Source: a virus
Lineage: Duplodnaviria > Heunggongvirae > Uroviricota > Caudoviricetes
Strand: one strand, 5' to 3'
DNA: 36,648 bases
IMG/VR virus record: IMGVR_UViG_2675903330_000001
In this document: positions 20,601 through 27,561 of the stretch, one piece after another
Numbering within the stretch: the first letter of the stretch is position 1
How the letters are laid out: each line of letters begins with the position of its first letter
Notes under the pieces: generated by a model
The model's database searches: none
What the model was told of the DNA's origin: nothing
What the model saw: the letters and a program-made list of their open reading frames with translations, nothing else
Program-made: the position numbers and the translations under genes

Positions 20601-21156
20601 GTTGGTTGACTGTCAACAAAGCGTTGATAGTGCTCATGCTATTTGGAAAGCGGTTGATTGGGGGCGTAACTACATCGCTGCTATGGACGTTCATTGTCCC
20701 GGTGATAGTAATAATACTGCGGCAGCGGTTCTTCATGTTCAGGGTGCTGATTATCAATTCCATGCAAGTGGAGAATTTCATGCCACTGGTAACGGAAACT
20801 TTAACGATGTTTATATTCGTTCCGATCGTCGTCTGAAAATTAATGTTGAAGATTACGAAGAAAATGCGGTGGATAAGGTAAATAAACTCAAAGTTAAAAC
20901 CTACGATAAAGTTAAATCTCTTAATGACCGAGAAGTTATAGGTCATGAGATTGGTATTATCGCACAGGATTTACAAGAGGTATTACCGGAAGCTGTTAAA
21001 ACCGCAAAAATTGGTGGTTTTGATAACCCAGAAGAAATTTTAACAATTTCAAACTCCGCAGTGAACGCGCTTTTAATTAAAGCGGTCCAAGAAATGAGCG
21101 AAGAAAATAAACTTCTTCGTGAACGTCTTGCTGCAATTGAAGCTAAATTAGGGTAA
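17632..21156 (+). CDS. side (L-shaped-type) tail fiber with C-terminal intramolecular chaperone domain
   Basis: 1174 aa; N-terminal about 21-aa repeats (KVD-IK--TDATI-AN); C-terminus SDRRLKINVEDYEENAVDKVNKLKVKTYD ... LLRERLAAIEAKLG is typical of the self-cleaving endosialidase-type chaperone (peptidase S74). Confidence 0.75.
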   Translation: MQSIQFKRTNVSGKKPTPEQLQVGEVAINLKDHVIFTKDRDHEVVQISVSPETHAALESKVDANKQELDSTIAVNDRNIHAKVDEIKQTTDATIAANHAEINNKVDVIKRETDATIEANKNKAASDLAGVKAELSDTINANKNAAAVATQELDTRINKKVDDIKSRTDATIVSNHKAINDKVDLIKAETDRTIAANHAYAENQLTDTYNNLTGVIAANKQEAADNVAALTRDVEAKNTAIHSKVDNNKSYTDSELARLESRIDAADGSSDGKYIKKHVNTCTDGYLLSKTANPFDDPSALNLDYFGAFRMNDLAGHIAMILHVPHPSGVNHARGFEFTYGSNPVHTVRTYGYDELGHLAYSHRMYHEGDKPTPAEIGAYSKAEIDRLFQKTLNFGIEGGWFKLGTLTMPQQHGRTAKIRLVGGNGYNVGHNGQANIIELVIRCGNNSPKGVVFNAYYTIWHYEQHFCAIPTDGDNYDLYAYYGAHTGFVLAEYQVSSGGVSLNLLDTPEYLGGEKPVADEIFDALNISSFNNFSNRGTLNFGGNHQGQYDIEHLNEQPTNAKKMLRRFRSCAPATIWHETVDDNKYRLATGYEDTNQELLLSATSGLHIKKLTLDGGVTGNSGIDIRRGPNEASHFNFMDYRTGQDVRNGWFGFGDGTTKDFIWWNDNGQNSINLIEDGELHITGGRGQKIVMNSEVALSENARLAVKGGNYGLILRNDGSSFHILTTDLKDSFGTWNTRRPFSYDFAEGGLDLGGTATARCLHLGIDGSTRIEDNMVFRSGSRQSMDYIELIHWGNSNTGRNNVLSMRDSKGFLAEFERVGGTNGVKTRFFGETFTDGTLYLNQMNNSSERFSINNWGNSEVGRAAVMEVGDSKGYHFYTERRTDNSLMFDVAGAFTVHGPSGITIKNSAGARHVWFRDDSDTEKAVIWATDEGILHIRNNHGGQFTHHFQGAMIKLEGRVPYAADQGLIRGEVSGGAYVAWRDRPAGLLVDCQQSVDSAHAIWKAVDWGRNYIAAMDVHCPGDSNNTAAAVLHVQGADYQFHASGEFHATGNGNFNDVYIRSDRRLKINVEDYEENAVDKVNKLKVKTYDKVKSLNDREVIGHEIGIIAQDLQEVLPEAVKTAKIGGFDNPEEILTISNSAVNALLIKAVQEMSEENKLLRERLAAIEAKLG

Positions 21157-21194
21157 TTGGAAAGCGGGGAGAAATCTCCGCTAAGGATTCTTAT

Positions 21195-21491
21195 ATGGGA
21201 TATTGGGTAAGTAGTGAAATTAATACTAAAATCGATGCTTTAAAATGGCATGTATTTGATATTCCTAACGGCTATGGTACTGCTCGTGCTGGTGTCGCTG
21301 TAATGCGTCATAATGCTGGTGGTGGGTGGTCTGATGCACATATTAACGTAGATGGTTTGACCGTTGCTCGTCGTCGTGGTGGGACCAATTGGGGATCTAC
21401 TATAAATTCGTTTGTTCCTGCTGGCTGCACCGTCTCCTTTGGTTTAGGGGGTGAAGGTGGTGTTGAATATTTTAAATTCATGGAGTTTTAA
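21195..21491 (+). CDS. small protein, paralog 1 of a tandem triplet (98 aa)
   Basis: AAGGA RBS; shares W-x-FDIPNG(Y/W), Gly-rich loops and a C-terminal YFKF-type motif with the next two genes. Confidence 0.6.
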   Translation: MGYWVSSEINTKIDALKWHVFDIPNGYGTARAGVAVMRHNAGGGWSDAHINVDGLTVARRRGGTNWGSTINSFVPAGCTVSFGLGGEGGVEYFKFMEF

Positions 21492-21493
21492 TT

Positions 21494-21799
21494 ATGGCTG
21501 GATGGATAAATCAAAGAATGTCAAACGCTATTAGTATTTGGGCTAATGGTGGATATTTTGATATCCCCAACGGCTGGGTTACTGATTCATGCGGAATTGT
21601 TTTTGCTCATATGGAAGCCATTAACGGTGCTGGTGATCTTGATTCTGAATTGGCTGTAAATGGATTGATTGAATCAGGTCATCATGCTGGTGATGCTGGG
21701 AGTTGGGGCGCTAGTTCTTTAGTTGGCGCTGGTGCTACCGTTAGCTTTACATTGGGTAAAGGTAGTTTGCATTATTTTAAATTCAGGAGAATGCACTAA
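21494..21799 (+). CDS. small protein, paralog 2 of a tandem triplet (101 aa)
   Basis: GGAG RBS; starts 3 nt after the upstream stop; same motifs. Confidence 0.6.
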   Translation: MAGWINQRMSNAISIWANGGYFDIPNGWVTDSCGIVFAHMEAINGAGDLDSELAVNGLIESGHHAGDAGSWGASSLVGAGATVSFTLGKGSLHYFKFRRMH

Positions 21800-22101
21800 T
21801 GGCATTTTGGGTAGATGGCGCTTTGGGGAATAGGGCGGGTAAAGCAAATCAAGGATGGTTTGATATTCCTAACGGTTGGACAGCCGACGCTTTCGGGACT
21901 ATTTCATTCTGTGCTCATTCTTCCGGTGGTGGCGGTGGTGACTCTGAATTGCTTATTCATGGTTTGTGTGTTTCTGGAAGCCATAAGGGTCATGATTGGG
22001 GACAGATTCATTCTTGTATTGCACCGCAAGGGGCGGTAATTACCGTTAGCACAAATAGGGGGATCGCTCATCTTCGTTATAGACGTTTGAGCAACCGCTA
22101 A
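21799..22101 (+). CDS. small protein, paralog 3 of a tandem triplet (100 aa)
   Basis: AGGAGA RBS; start overlaps the upstream stop (TAATG); same motifs, with a GGGGG loop. Confidence 0.6.
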   Translation: MAFWVDGALGNRAGKANQGWFDIPNGWTADAFGTISFCAHSSGGGGGDSELLIHGLCVSGSHKGHDWGQIHSCIAPQGAVITVSTNRGIAHLRYRRLSNR

Positions 22102-22155
22102 ATAAATAGAATTACGGGTATGTGCCCTATTGTTTAAAATAGAAGGAAAAGAATA

Positions 22156-22626
22156 ATGACTACTAAATTTGATATTTTTTCTGGTGGCCTCGTTGGTCTG
22201 TTTCTGCATGAAGAAGTAACTAACACCGATCTTGACAGTGAAAGCTATCTGGAAATTCCAGAATGTGCGGCTTTCCCGGAAACTGGTGTAGAACGTTCTA
22301 CTGTCGATGTTCCTAACTTCGGTGGTCCGTATAACCGTAAGCTGGTTGGTCGTATGTCTGTACCGGATATCGAACTTTCGATCAACTACATGCCGGGTAA
22401 CGAAGTACACGAAAAACTGATTAAAGCAACCGAAGACGGTAAGCGCGTACAGATTAAAATTGCTTACTACATCGACGCTACGAAAAAATCTGGTGTACAT
22501 ATCGCTTATAACGGCTTCCTGTCTAAAACTACCATGACTGGTGGTGAGGATGCTGTAGTAGGCCGTACCTTCACCTTTGTAGTAGATGGTGCTCCGGTTA
22601 AACAAGCTGTTTTCCAGAAACTCTAA
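22156..22626 (+). CDS. major tail tube protein
   Basis: 156 aa, immediately upstream of the G/GT chaperone pair and the tape measure gene; optimal codon usage; terminator-like hairpin after the stop. Confidence 0.6.
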   Translation: MTTKFDIFSGGLVGLFLHEEVTNTDLDSESYLEIPECAAFPETGVERSTVDVPNFGGPYNRKLVGRMSVPDIELSINYMPGNEVHEKLIKATEDGKRVQIKIAYYIDATKKSGVHIAYNGFLSKTTMTGGEDAVVGRTFTFVVDGAPVKQAVFQKL

Positions 22627-22707
22627 TATTATCTAGCCATCCTTCGGGGTGGCTTTTTGTTTCCAATTCTAAATAAACATATCTAATTAACTTAAGAGGA
22701 AACAATA

Positions 22708-23016
22708 ATGAATATTAATGAAATGTTAGCCGCACTTTCTCCGAAACGCGAATCTCTGACCATCGGTGGATTTACTTTCTATGCTCGCCCTATGTCAGTA
22801 AAAGAATTTAACGAACATGTTTTCAATACCGATAAAGAAGACCGTGATGAACGTTCTATTCTTCGTTGTATTGAAGATGAAGACGGTAAGCCAGTATTTG
22901 AATCTATTGAACAAGTTAAGGCACTGTATACTAACGTCCGCAGTGAATTAATCGGTTTGGTTGCTCAAGCGTCATTGATGCAAGATCCGGCGGTAATTGA
23001 AAACGAGGTAAAGTAA
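22708..23016 (+). CDS. tail assembly chaperone (gpG-like)
   Basis: 102-aa gene between the tube and tape measure genes. Confidence 0.6.
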   Translation: MNINEMLAALSPKRESLTIGGFTFYARPMSVKEFNEHVFNTDKEDRDERSILRCIEDEDGKPVFESIEQVKALYTNVRSELIGLVAQASLMQDPAVIENEVK

Positions 23017-23390
23017 TAAACCCGCTTCTGAATTTCTATTTCCGGCAAATGATGAGATCGGGGCTTAGTAAAGATGAAATGGATAATATGCCAATCACTC
23101 TATTTTGGAAATTATACATTTTCGACACCTACTTAGAACCACAAAGCCCCGCGTTTCATGATATGCAGAATGCGATGTTGCAATATTCCATGTATATGAC
23201 GTCGCAAGGAATGACACGCGAAACTGCAAAGAAACTCAAGCCTAGCCAATTCCAATTAATTAGAGAAGAAAAACTCTTTAAAACTAAAGAAGAACTGGAA
23301 GAAATTGCACGCAAGAAAGAAGAAGAACGTAAAGCGGCAATGCTGAACATGTTTGATCCATCTTTGCTTGAGAAACTCAGAAGCGGTTAA
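23001..23390 (+). CDS. tail assembly chaperone T-frame (putative -1 frameshift extension giving a G-T fusion)
   Basis: The -1 frame is open from 23001, overlapping the last 5 codons of the G frame; the first ATG (23049) has no RBS; GUA-AAG-UAA offers a Lys slip site next to the stop. Confidence 0.45.
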   Translation, partial: KRGKVINPLLNFYFRQMMRSGLSKDEMDNMPITLFWKLYIFDTYLEPQSPAFHDMQNAMLQYSMYMTSQGMTRETAKKLKPSQFQLIREEKLFKTKEELEEIARKKEEERKAAMLNMFDPSLLEKLRSG

Positions 23391-23401
23391 AGGGGTAATT
23401 T

Positions 23402-25831
23402 ATGACAAAACATATAGTAACAATAGAAGGGGATAATAAAGGGCTAAAGAGAAGTACCAATGAAGCCGCCGACCTTCTCGATAGTTTGTCTGAAAAGGCA
23501 AGTAATATTGATTTTGGTGGTGGCTTATCTGGTCTGACTGGATCTCTTCGTGGGATCGCTGGCTCTGCTGGTTTAGCTGCTGGTGGTATCGGCTTAGTTG
23601 CGACCGCAGTGGTTGCAGCCGCTAAAGCTGGCGCGGAATACGTTAAACAATATTCAGAAGTATCTAAGGCGACCGGACTCTCGATTGAATCCCTTCAAAG
23701 ACTGGAAAAGGAATTTTCTGGTACTGGCCTAACAGTTGAAAAATTCGGTGATATCAACAAAGACACCTTAGATAAGATGGGTGATGCATGGGCTAACGGT
23801 GGTGGTATTGCTGATGACTTAGAATCGGTTGGCCTTAAGTTAGAAAACTATGCTCACTTCATGACTGATCCGCAAGGTGGTATGAAAGCGGCGATCCAAG
23901 TGTTCTATGACATGAAGAAAGCCGGAAAATCAATGGCTGAAATCAAGTTCATGATGGAATCTTTAGCCAGTGATTCAAGCCATATGACCAGCCAGCTTGA
24001 GAAATATAATACTGCTCAAGAGGCGATGATCGCTATTCAGAATCAATCTGTTAACGTCACCGAAGAAAACGCTAAAAAATATGATAAATTTTCTCAAAAT
24101 ATCAATAAGCTGGAAAATAACCTGAAAGGTGTCGGTATGACCATTTCTGGTCCGCTGGTTGATAGTTTAAACTGGTTATTTGACTGGTTTAATATTGATT
24201 GGGAAAAGAGTTCTCTATTCAGGGCATTAGATCGACTGAATAAAGAAGGCAAGACCGCAACTGGCGGTATTCTTAACGCCAACCATAAAGACGCTCAAAA
24301 AATTATTGACAAGTACAATAAAGAAAAGCGTTGGAATAATCTGGCAGATTGGGAAAAGGCCGCGATCCGTGGTGCTGGTGTCGATCCTCGTACTGCTGGC
24401 TTTGATGTTGAAGGATTTAAGAAACGTTTTGGTGATTCTTATAAGAAAAATGGCTCTCTGATTGTTGTCGATAACGGGGAACATCTAACCCGCAAGGCAG
24501 ATCCTAACCGTGATTTGACTATACCAAATAAACCAGTAAGACCAGAATCATTGGGTAAGTCTGGTAATGAGAAGAAAGCCGAAGAAGAAGCACGCAAGAA
24601 AGCGGAAGAGGCAGCTAAAAAGGCTAAGGAAGCCGCAGAAAAAGCACAGAAAGCACGCGAGGATGCAATCAAGCGACTGAATGCACTTGATGTTAAATTG
24701 CAAGGGCAAGTTGCAGCGTCTATCACTTCTCAAAATAGCCAGTTGCAAAACAGCTTAAAAGATGTGAACGACGCGTTAGCTCTGGGCTTAATCTCTCAGG
24801 AAGACGCAGCCGCGAAACGCCAGGCGCTAATCGATCAGAATACTGAAAACGTTTATAAAATGATGTTGGGTGCTGATCCGATTGATGCTCTGAATGCTTT
24901 AACACAATTGCAACAAATCAGGGACAACGAGCTAGAAAGCCATAAACGGTTACTTGATGGTAAAGCTATCTCCTACGAAGAATATATGCGTCGTGTGAAC
25001 GATACCGAGCAAAACTATTCTCAGATTGAAAATTCTTTACAGGGAATGGATGGTTATAAAACCAATCAATTAACTAGTGGTTATGATTATCAAGACTCAA
25101 ATAATCCGTTTGCTAAATTTAATGCAATCGATAAAGAGAAATCGGATGCTGAACAAGATTATAAGACCGATAAACTCAAGATTGATGGGATCACCGATCC
25201 GGCTAAACGGATGGAAGCATTAGAAAAACTCAATGAAAACCATCAAAAACGAATGGCTGCAATTGAGAAGAAATATGCTGATGCTCGCCAGTCAATAGCC
25301 GATGATATGTACGGCGGTTTTGCTGCTGCAATGACTCTCTTCGGGCAGGAAAACACTAAAGCTATGCAGATGGCTTTCAATGCTCATAAAGCATTCTCTA
25401 TCGGACAAGCGACGGTGAACATGTGGACGGCTGCTACCGATGCATGGAACGATCCGACCAACGTCACCACAGGTCAAAAAATCGCGGCTGCTGCATTGGC
25501 TGTTTCTCAGAACATGGGGAACATCGCAAACATCAAGTCTACTAACGTTAGCGGTATGGCTCATGATGGTATTGATAACATCCCTCGTGAGGGTACATGG
25601 TTGCTTGATAAGGGTGAACGAGTAGTTGATCAGCGTACTAACGGTGATTTGAAAGACTTCCTTGCTGCTCAAAAATCAGGTGGTGGTAACTCTCAGCCGA
25701 TTGAAGTTAATGCGCCTTTGAACATTAACGGCAACGTTAATAGCTCAGACAAGATGGTCATGGATGCTATCAAACGTCACGCTAAGTTTGTTGCTCAGGC
25801 GATAGAAGACGTTCAGCGTCGTAAGATGTAA
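23402..25831 (+). CDS. tail tape measure protein
   Basis: 809 aa; Gly/Ala-rich N-terminal membrane-like segment; long coiled-coil Lys/Glu/Ala-rich centre; position after G/GT. Confidence 0.8.
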   Translation: MTKHIVTIEGDNKGLKRSTNEAADLLDSLSEKASNIDFGGGLSGLTGSLRGIAGSAGLAAGGIGLVATAVVAAAKAGAEYVKQYSEVSKATGLSIESLQRLEKEFSGTGLTVEKFGDINKDTLDKMGDAWANGGGIADDLESVGLKLENYAHFMTDPQGGMKAAIQVFYDMKKAGKSMAEIKFMMESLASDSSHMTSQLEKYNTAQEAMIAIQNQSVNVTEENAKKYDKFSQNINKLENNLKGVGMTISGPLVDSLNWLFDWFNIDWEKSSLFRALDRLNKEGKTATGGILNANHKDAQKIIDKYNKEKRWNNLADWEKAAIRGAGVDPRTAGFDVEGFKKRFGDSYKKNGSLIVVDNGEHLTRKADPNRDLTIPNKPVRPESLGKSGNEKKAEEEARKKAEEAAKKAKEAAEKAQKAREDAIKRLNALDVKLQGQVAASITSQNSQLQNSLKDVNDALALGLISQEDAAAKRQALIDQNTENVYKMMLGADPIDALNALTQLQQIRDNELESHKRLLDGKAISYEEYMRRVNDTEQNYSQIENSLQGMDGYKTNQLTSGYDYQDSNNPFAKFNAIDKEKSDAEQDYKTDKLKIDGITDPAKRMEALEKLNENHQKRMAAIEKKYADARQSIADDMYGGFAAAMTLFGQENTKAMQMAFNAHKAFSIGQATVNMWTAATDAWNDPTNVTTGQKIAAAALAVSQNMGNIANIKSTNVSGMAHDGIDNIPREGTWLLDKGERVVDQRTNGDLKDFLAAQKSGGGNSQPIEVNAPLNINGNVNSSDKMVMDAIKRHAKFVAQAIEDVQRRKM

Positions 25832-25835
25832 TTAA

Positions 25836-25877
25836 AAGCCCCCATAGTGATAAATAATCATAAAACTATGGGGGCTT
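25836..25877 (+). promoter_or_regulatory. long hairpin (11-bp stem) whose 3' arm contains the RBS of the next gene
   Basis: AGCCCCCATAG ... CTATGGGGGCT followed by TTTTCT and the ATG at 25882. Confidence 0.4.
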
Positions 25878-25881
25878 TTCT

Positions 25882-26442
25882 ATGTTCAAATCCAAGAATA
25901 TTAAAATCACAGATTTTACTCTTAAATCAAAACAGCCTTTCTTCAAGGCGCAATCTATTTCTGGTAAGTTCCAGCGTCGCTTTACTGGCATTCATTTTTA
26001 TGAAGCAGAATTTACAGCTAATTTCATGGCTCAGGATATTAACGAAGTAAAAGAATTTGTAGCACGTCACCTTTTTGGTCGTCCTTTTAGTGTGCCACTG
26101 TCTTACTTTTCAAAATATACAGGCGATGTACGCCAGATGGTTACGGCTGCTGCTGGTACTGCTCGCGGTGGGCGTAAGGTAAGACTATCCAACTTCACCG
26201 GAACACTGAAAGCAGGAACTATCATCCAGTTTGAGAACCACAAGAAAATCTACACGATCACCGAAGATGTGAAATCAGGTGGTGAAATGAAACTCTTCCC
26301 TAACTTGCGTCAGAACGTCCTGGCGGGTGAGGTGATCAAGTATCAGAACGTAGAATGTGAATTTCTTCTCAAAACTGAAAACATCGATTGGAAGATCGCC
26401 CAGATTGGCAAGATGAAATTCGAATTAGTGGAGAATGTATAA
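25882..26442 (+). CDS. minor tail protein (gpM/distal-tail-like position)
   Basis: 186 aa, first gene after the tape measure; assignment by position. Confidence 0.5.
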   Translation: MFKSKNIKITDFTLKSKQPFFKAQSISGKFQRRFTGIHFYEAEFTANFMAQDINEVKEFVARHLFGRPFSVPLSYFSKYTGDVRQMVTAAAGTARGGRKVRLSNFTGTLKAGTIIQFENHKKIYTITEDVKSGGEMKLFPNLRQNVLAGEVIKYQNVECEFLLKTENIDWKIAQIGKMKFELVENV

Positions 26443-27095
26443 TGGCAACTATTCAGGAATCATTCAGCAAACTTTGCACTAATCTGGACTTCATCGAGGT
26501 ATACAACGACCAGACAGGTCAGAACGTGTCTAGATTGACGCTACCGCAGCTTTTTTCCACTGGATCGATGTTTCACATTATCGAAGTGATTACCGCGTCA
26601 GGGGACGTTCTACGGCTTACAGATGGGTACTTCGATTTGGACTATAACGGATTTACATATCTCGCAACGGGTGATTTTCTTCAAATCTCATCAAATACCG
26701 AAGAGAAGGAGATCAACAACAACGGGATTAACGTAACCGTTTCTAACGTTCGCGAGGAATACATTACCCTGATTCGAAACAAGCAATTCGATAAATCAGA
26801 TGTGAAAATCGAAATGGTGTTCCTGAACCCTAACACGGGCAAGGTTGAAACCACTTACCCTGTTTTCCGTGGGGTAGTCGATTCCATCGGGATTAACATC
26901 GAACATGAAGATGATGAGTGTAAAAACGAATCAGAATTTCAGCTTAATAGTATCTGGGAAGTTCTAGATAAAAACGCTCGTAGTCATGCCTCCGATGGTA
27001 TCCACCGATCCTATGCCGGAAACGAGAATGATCTATTCTTCTCAAGGACCGGGCGCTGGCAATCGGAAAGCAAGTGGCATTCATCGAAGAAATAA
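26442..27095 (+). CDS. minor tail protein (gpL-like position)
   Basis: ATG at 26442 overlaps the upstream stop (TAATG); 217 aa. Confidence 0.5.
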   Translation: MATIQESFSKLCTNLDFIEVYNDQTGQNVSRLTLPQLFSTGSMFHIIEVITASGDVLRLTDGYFDLDYNGFTYLATGDFLQISSNTEEKEINNNGINVTVSNVREEYITLIRNKQFDKSDVKIEMVFLNPNTGKVETTYPVFRGVVDSIGINIEHEDDECKNESEFQLNSIWEVLDKNARSHASDGIHRSYAGNENDLFFSRTGRWQSESKWHSSKK

Positions 27096-27141
27096 TCCCT
27101 TCTCCCTAAGCCTAGTAAATAACAGCATGGAGGTATTCAAC

Positions 27142-27561
27142 ATGCTAAAAACTAGGCTTATCACCGATTACATCAATTCTTTAATAGGTCAGGAGTTCGT
27201 TCAGGGGGAGAATGATTGCAATCTAATTGCATGTAAGATCATCGATATTCTCGCTGGTACTGACCTATATAATTCTCTTTATAAAAAATATTCAACTAAA
27301 GAAGAAGGCTTGAAAATCTGCAAAGAATTAAGCGGATACACAAATATCCTTCAACCAATTAAGAAACATTTCAAATTAGTCACTGATGATTTACAGGACG
27401 GCGACTTACTGGTCACAGCCCACAAATTAGGAAACCGCAAATATTATTCCGTAGTTCCTCATTATTCCGGTTATGGCCTCGTTGAAGAAGATGGTATCTG
27501 GATGACCATTCCTGTTTCAGACATTGACTATGAACAAGTTTATAGATTCGGGGGTGAATAA
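27142..27561 (+). CDS. minor tail protein, gpK-like (possible NlpC/P60-type peptidase domain)
   Basis: GGAGG 8 nt upstream of the ATG at 27142; Cys (ENDCNL) and His (VVPHYSG) spaced as in C40 peptidases; position before the J-like gene. Confidence 0.45.
   Translation: MLKTRLITDYINSLIGQEFVQGENDCNLIACKIIDILAGTDLYNSLYKKYSTKEEGLKICKELSGYTNILQPIKKHFKLVTDDLQDGDLLVTAHKLGNRKYYSVVPHYSGYGLVEEDGIWMTIPVSDIDYEQVYRFGGE

Noticed and set aside
17800-22605. Antisense or overlapping ORFs within the tail fiber, paralog and tube genes (17800-18222, 18433-18729, 18838-19086, 20268-20946, 21815-22039, 21904-22605)
   Set aside because: Contained in or antisense to longer, motif-supported genes; hydrophobic or low-complexity translations without ribosome-binding sites.
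26388-27561. Upstream starts given by the ORF track for the minor tail genes (26388 and 26986) and for other genes (450, 2561, 5428, 16245, 31669, 33308)
   Set aside because: These are alternative or in-frame upstream start codons lacking ribosome-binding sites or overlapping upstream genes or terminators; internal starts with proper Shine-Dalgarno spacing were chosen.
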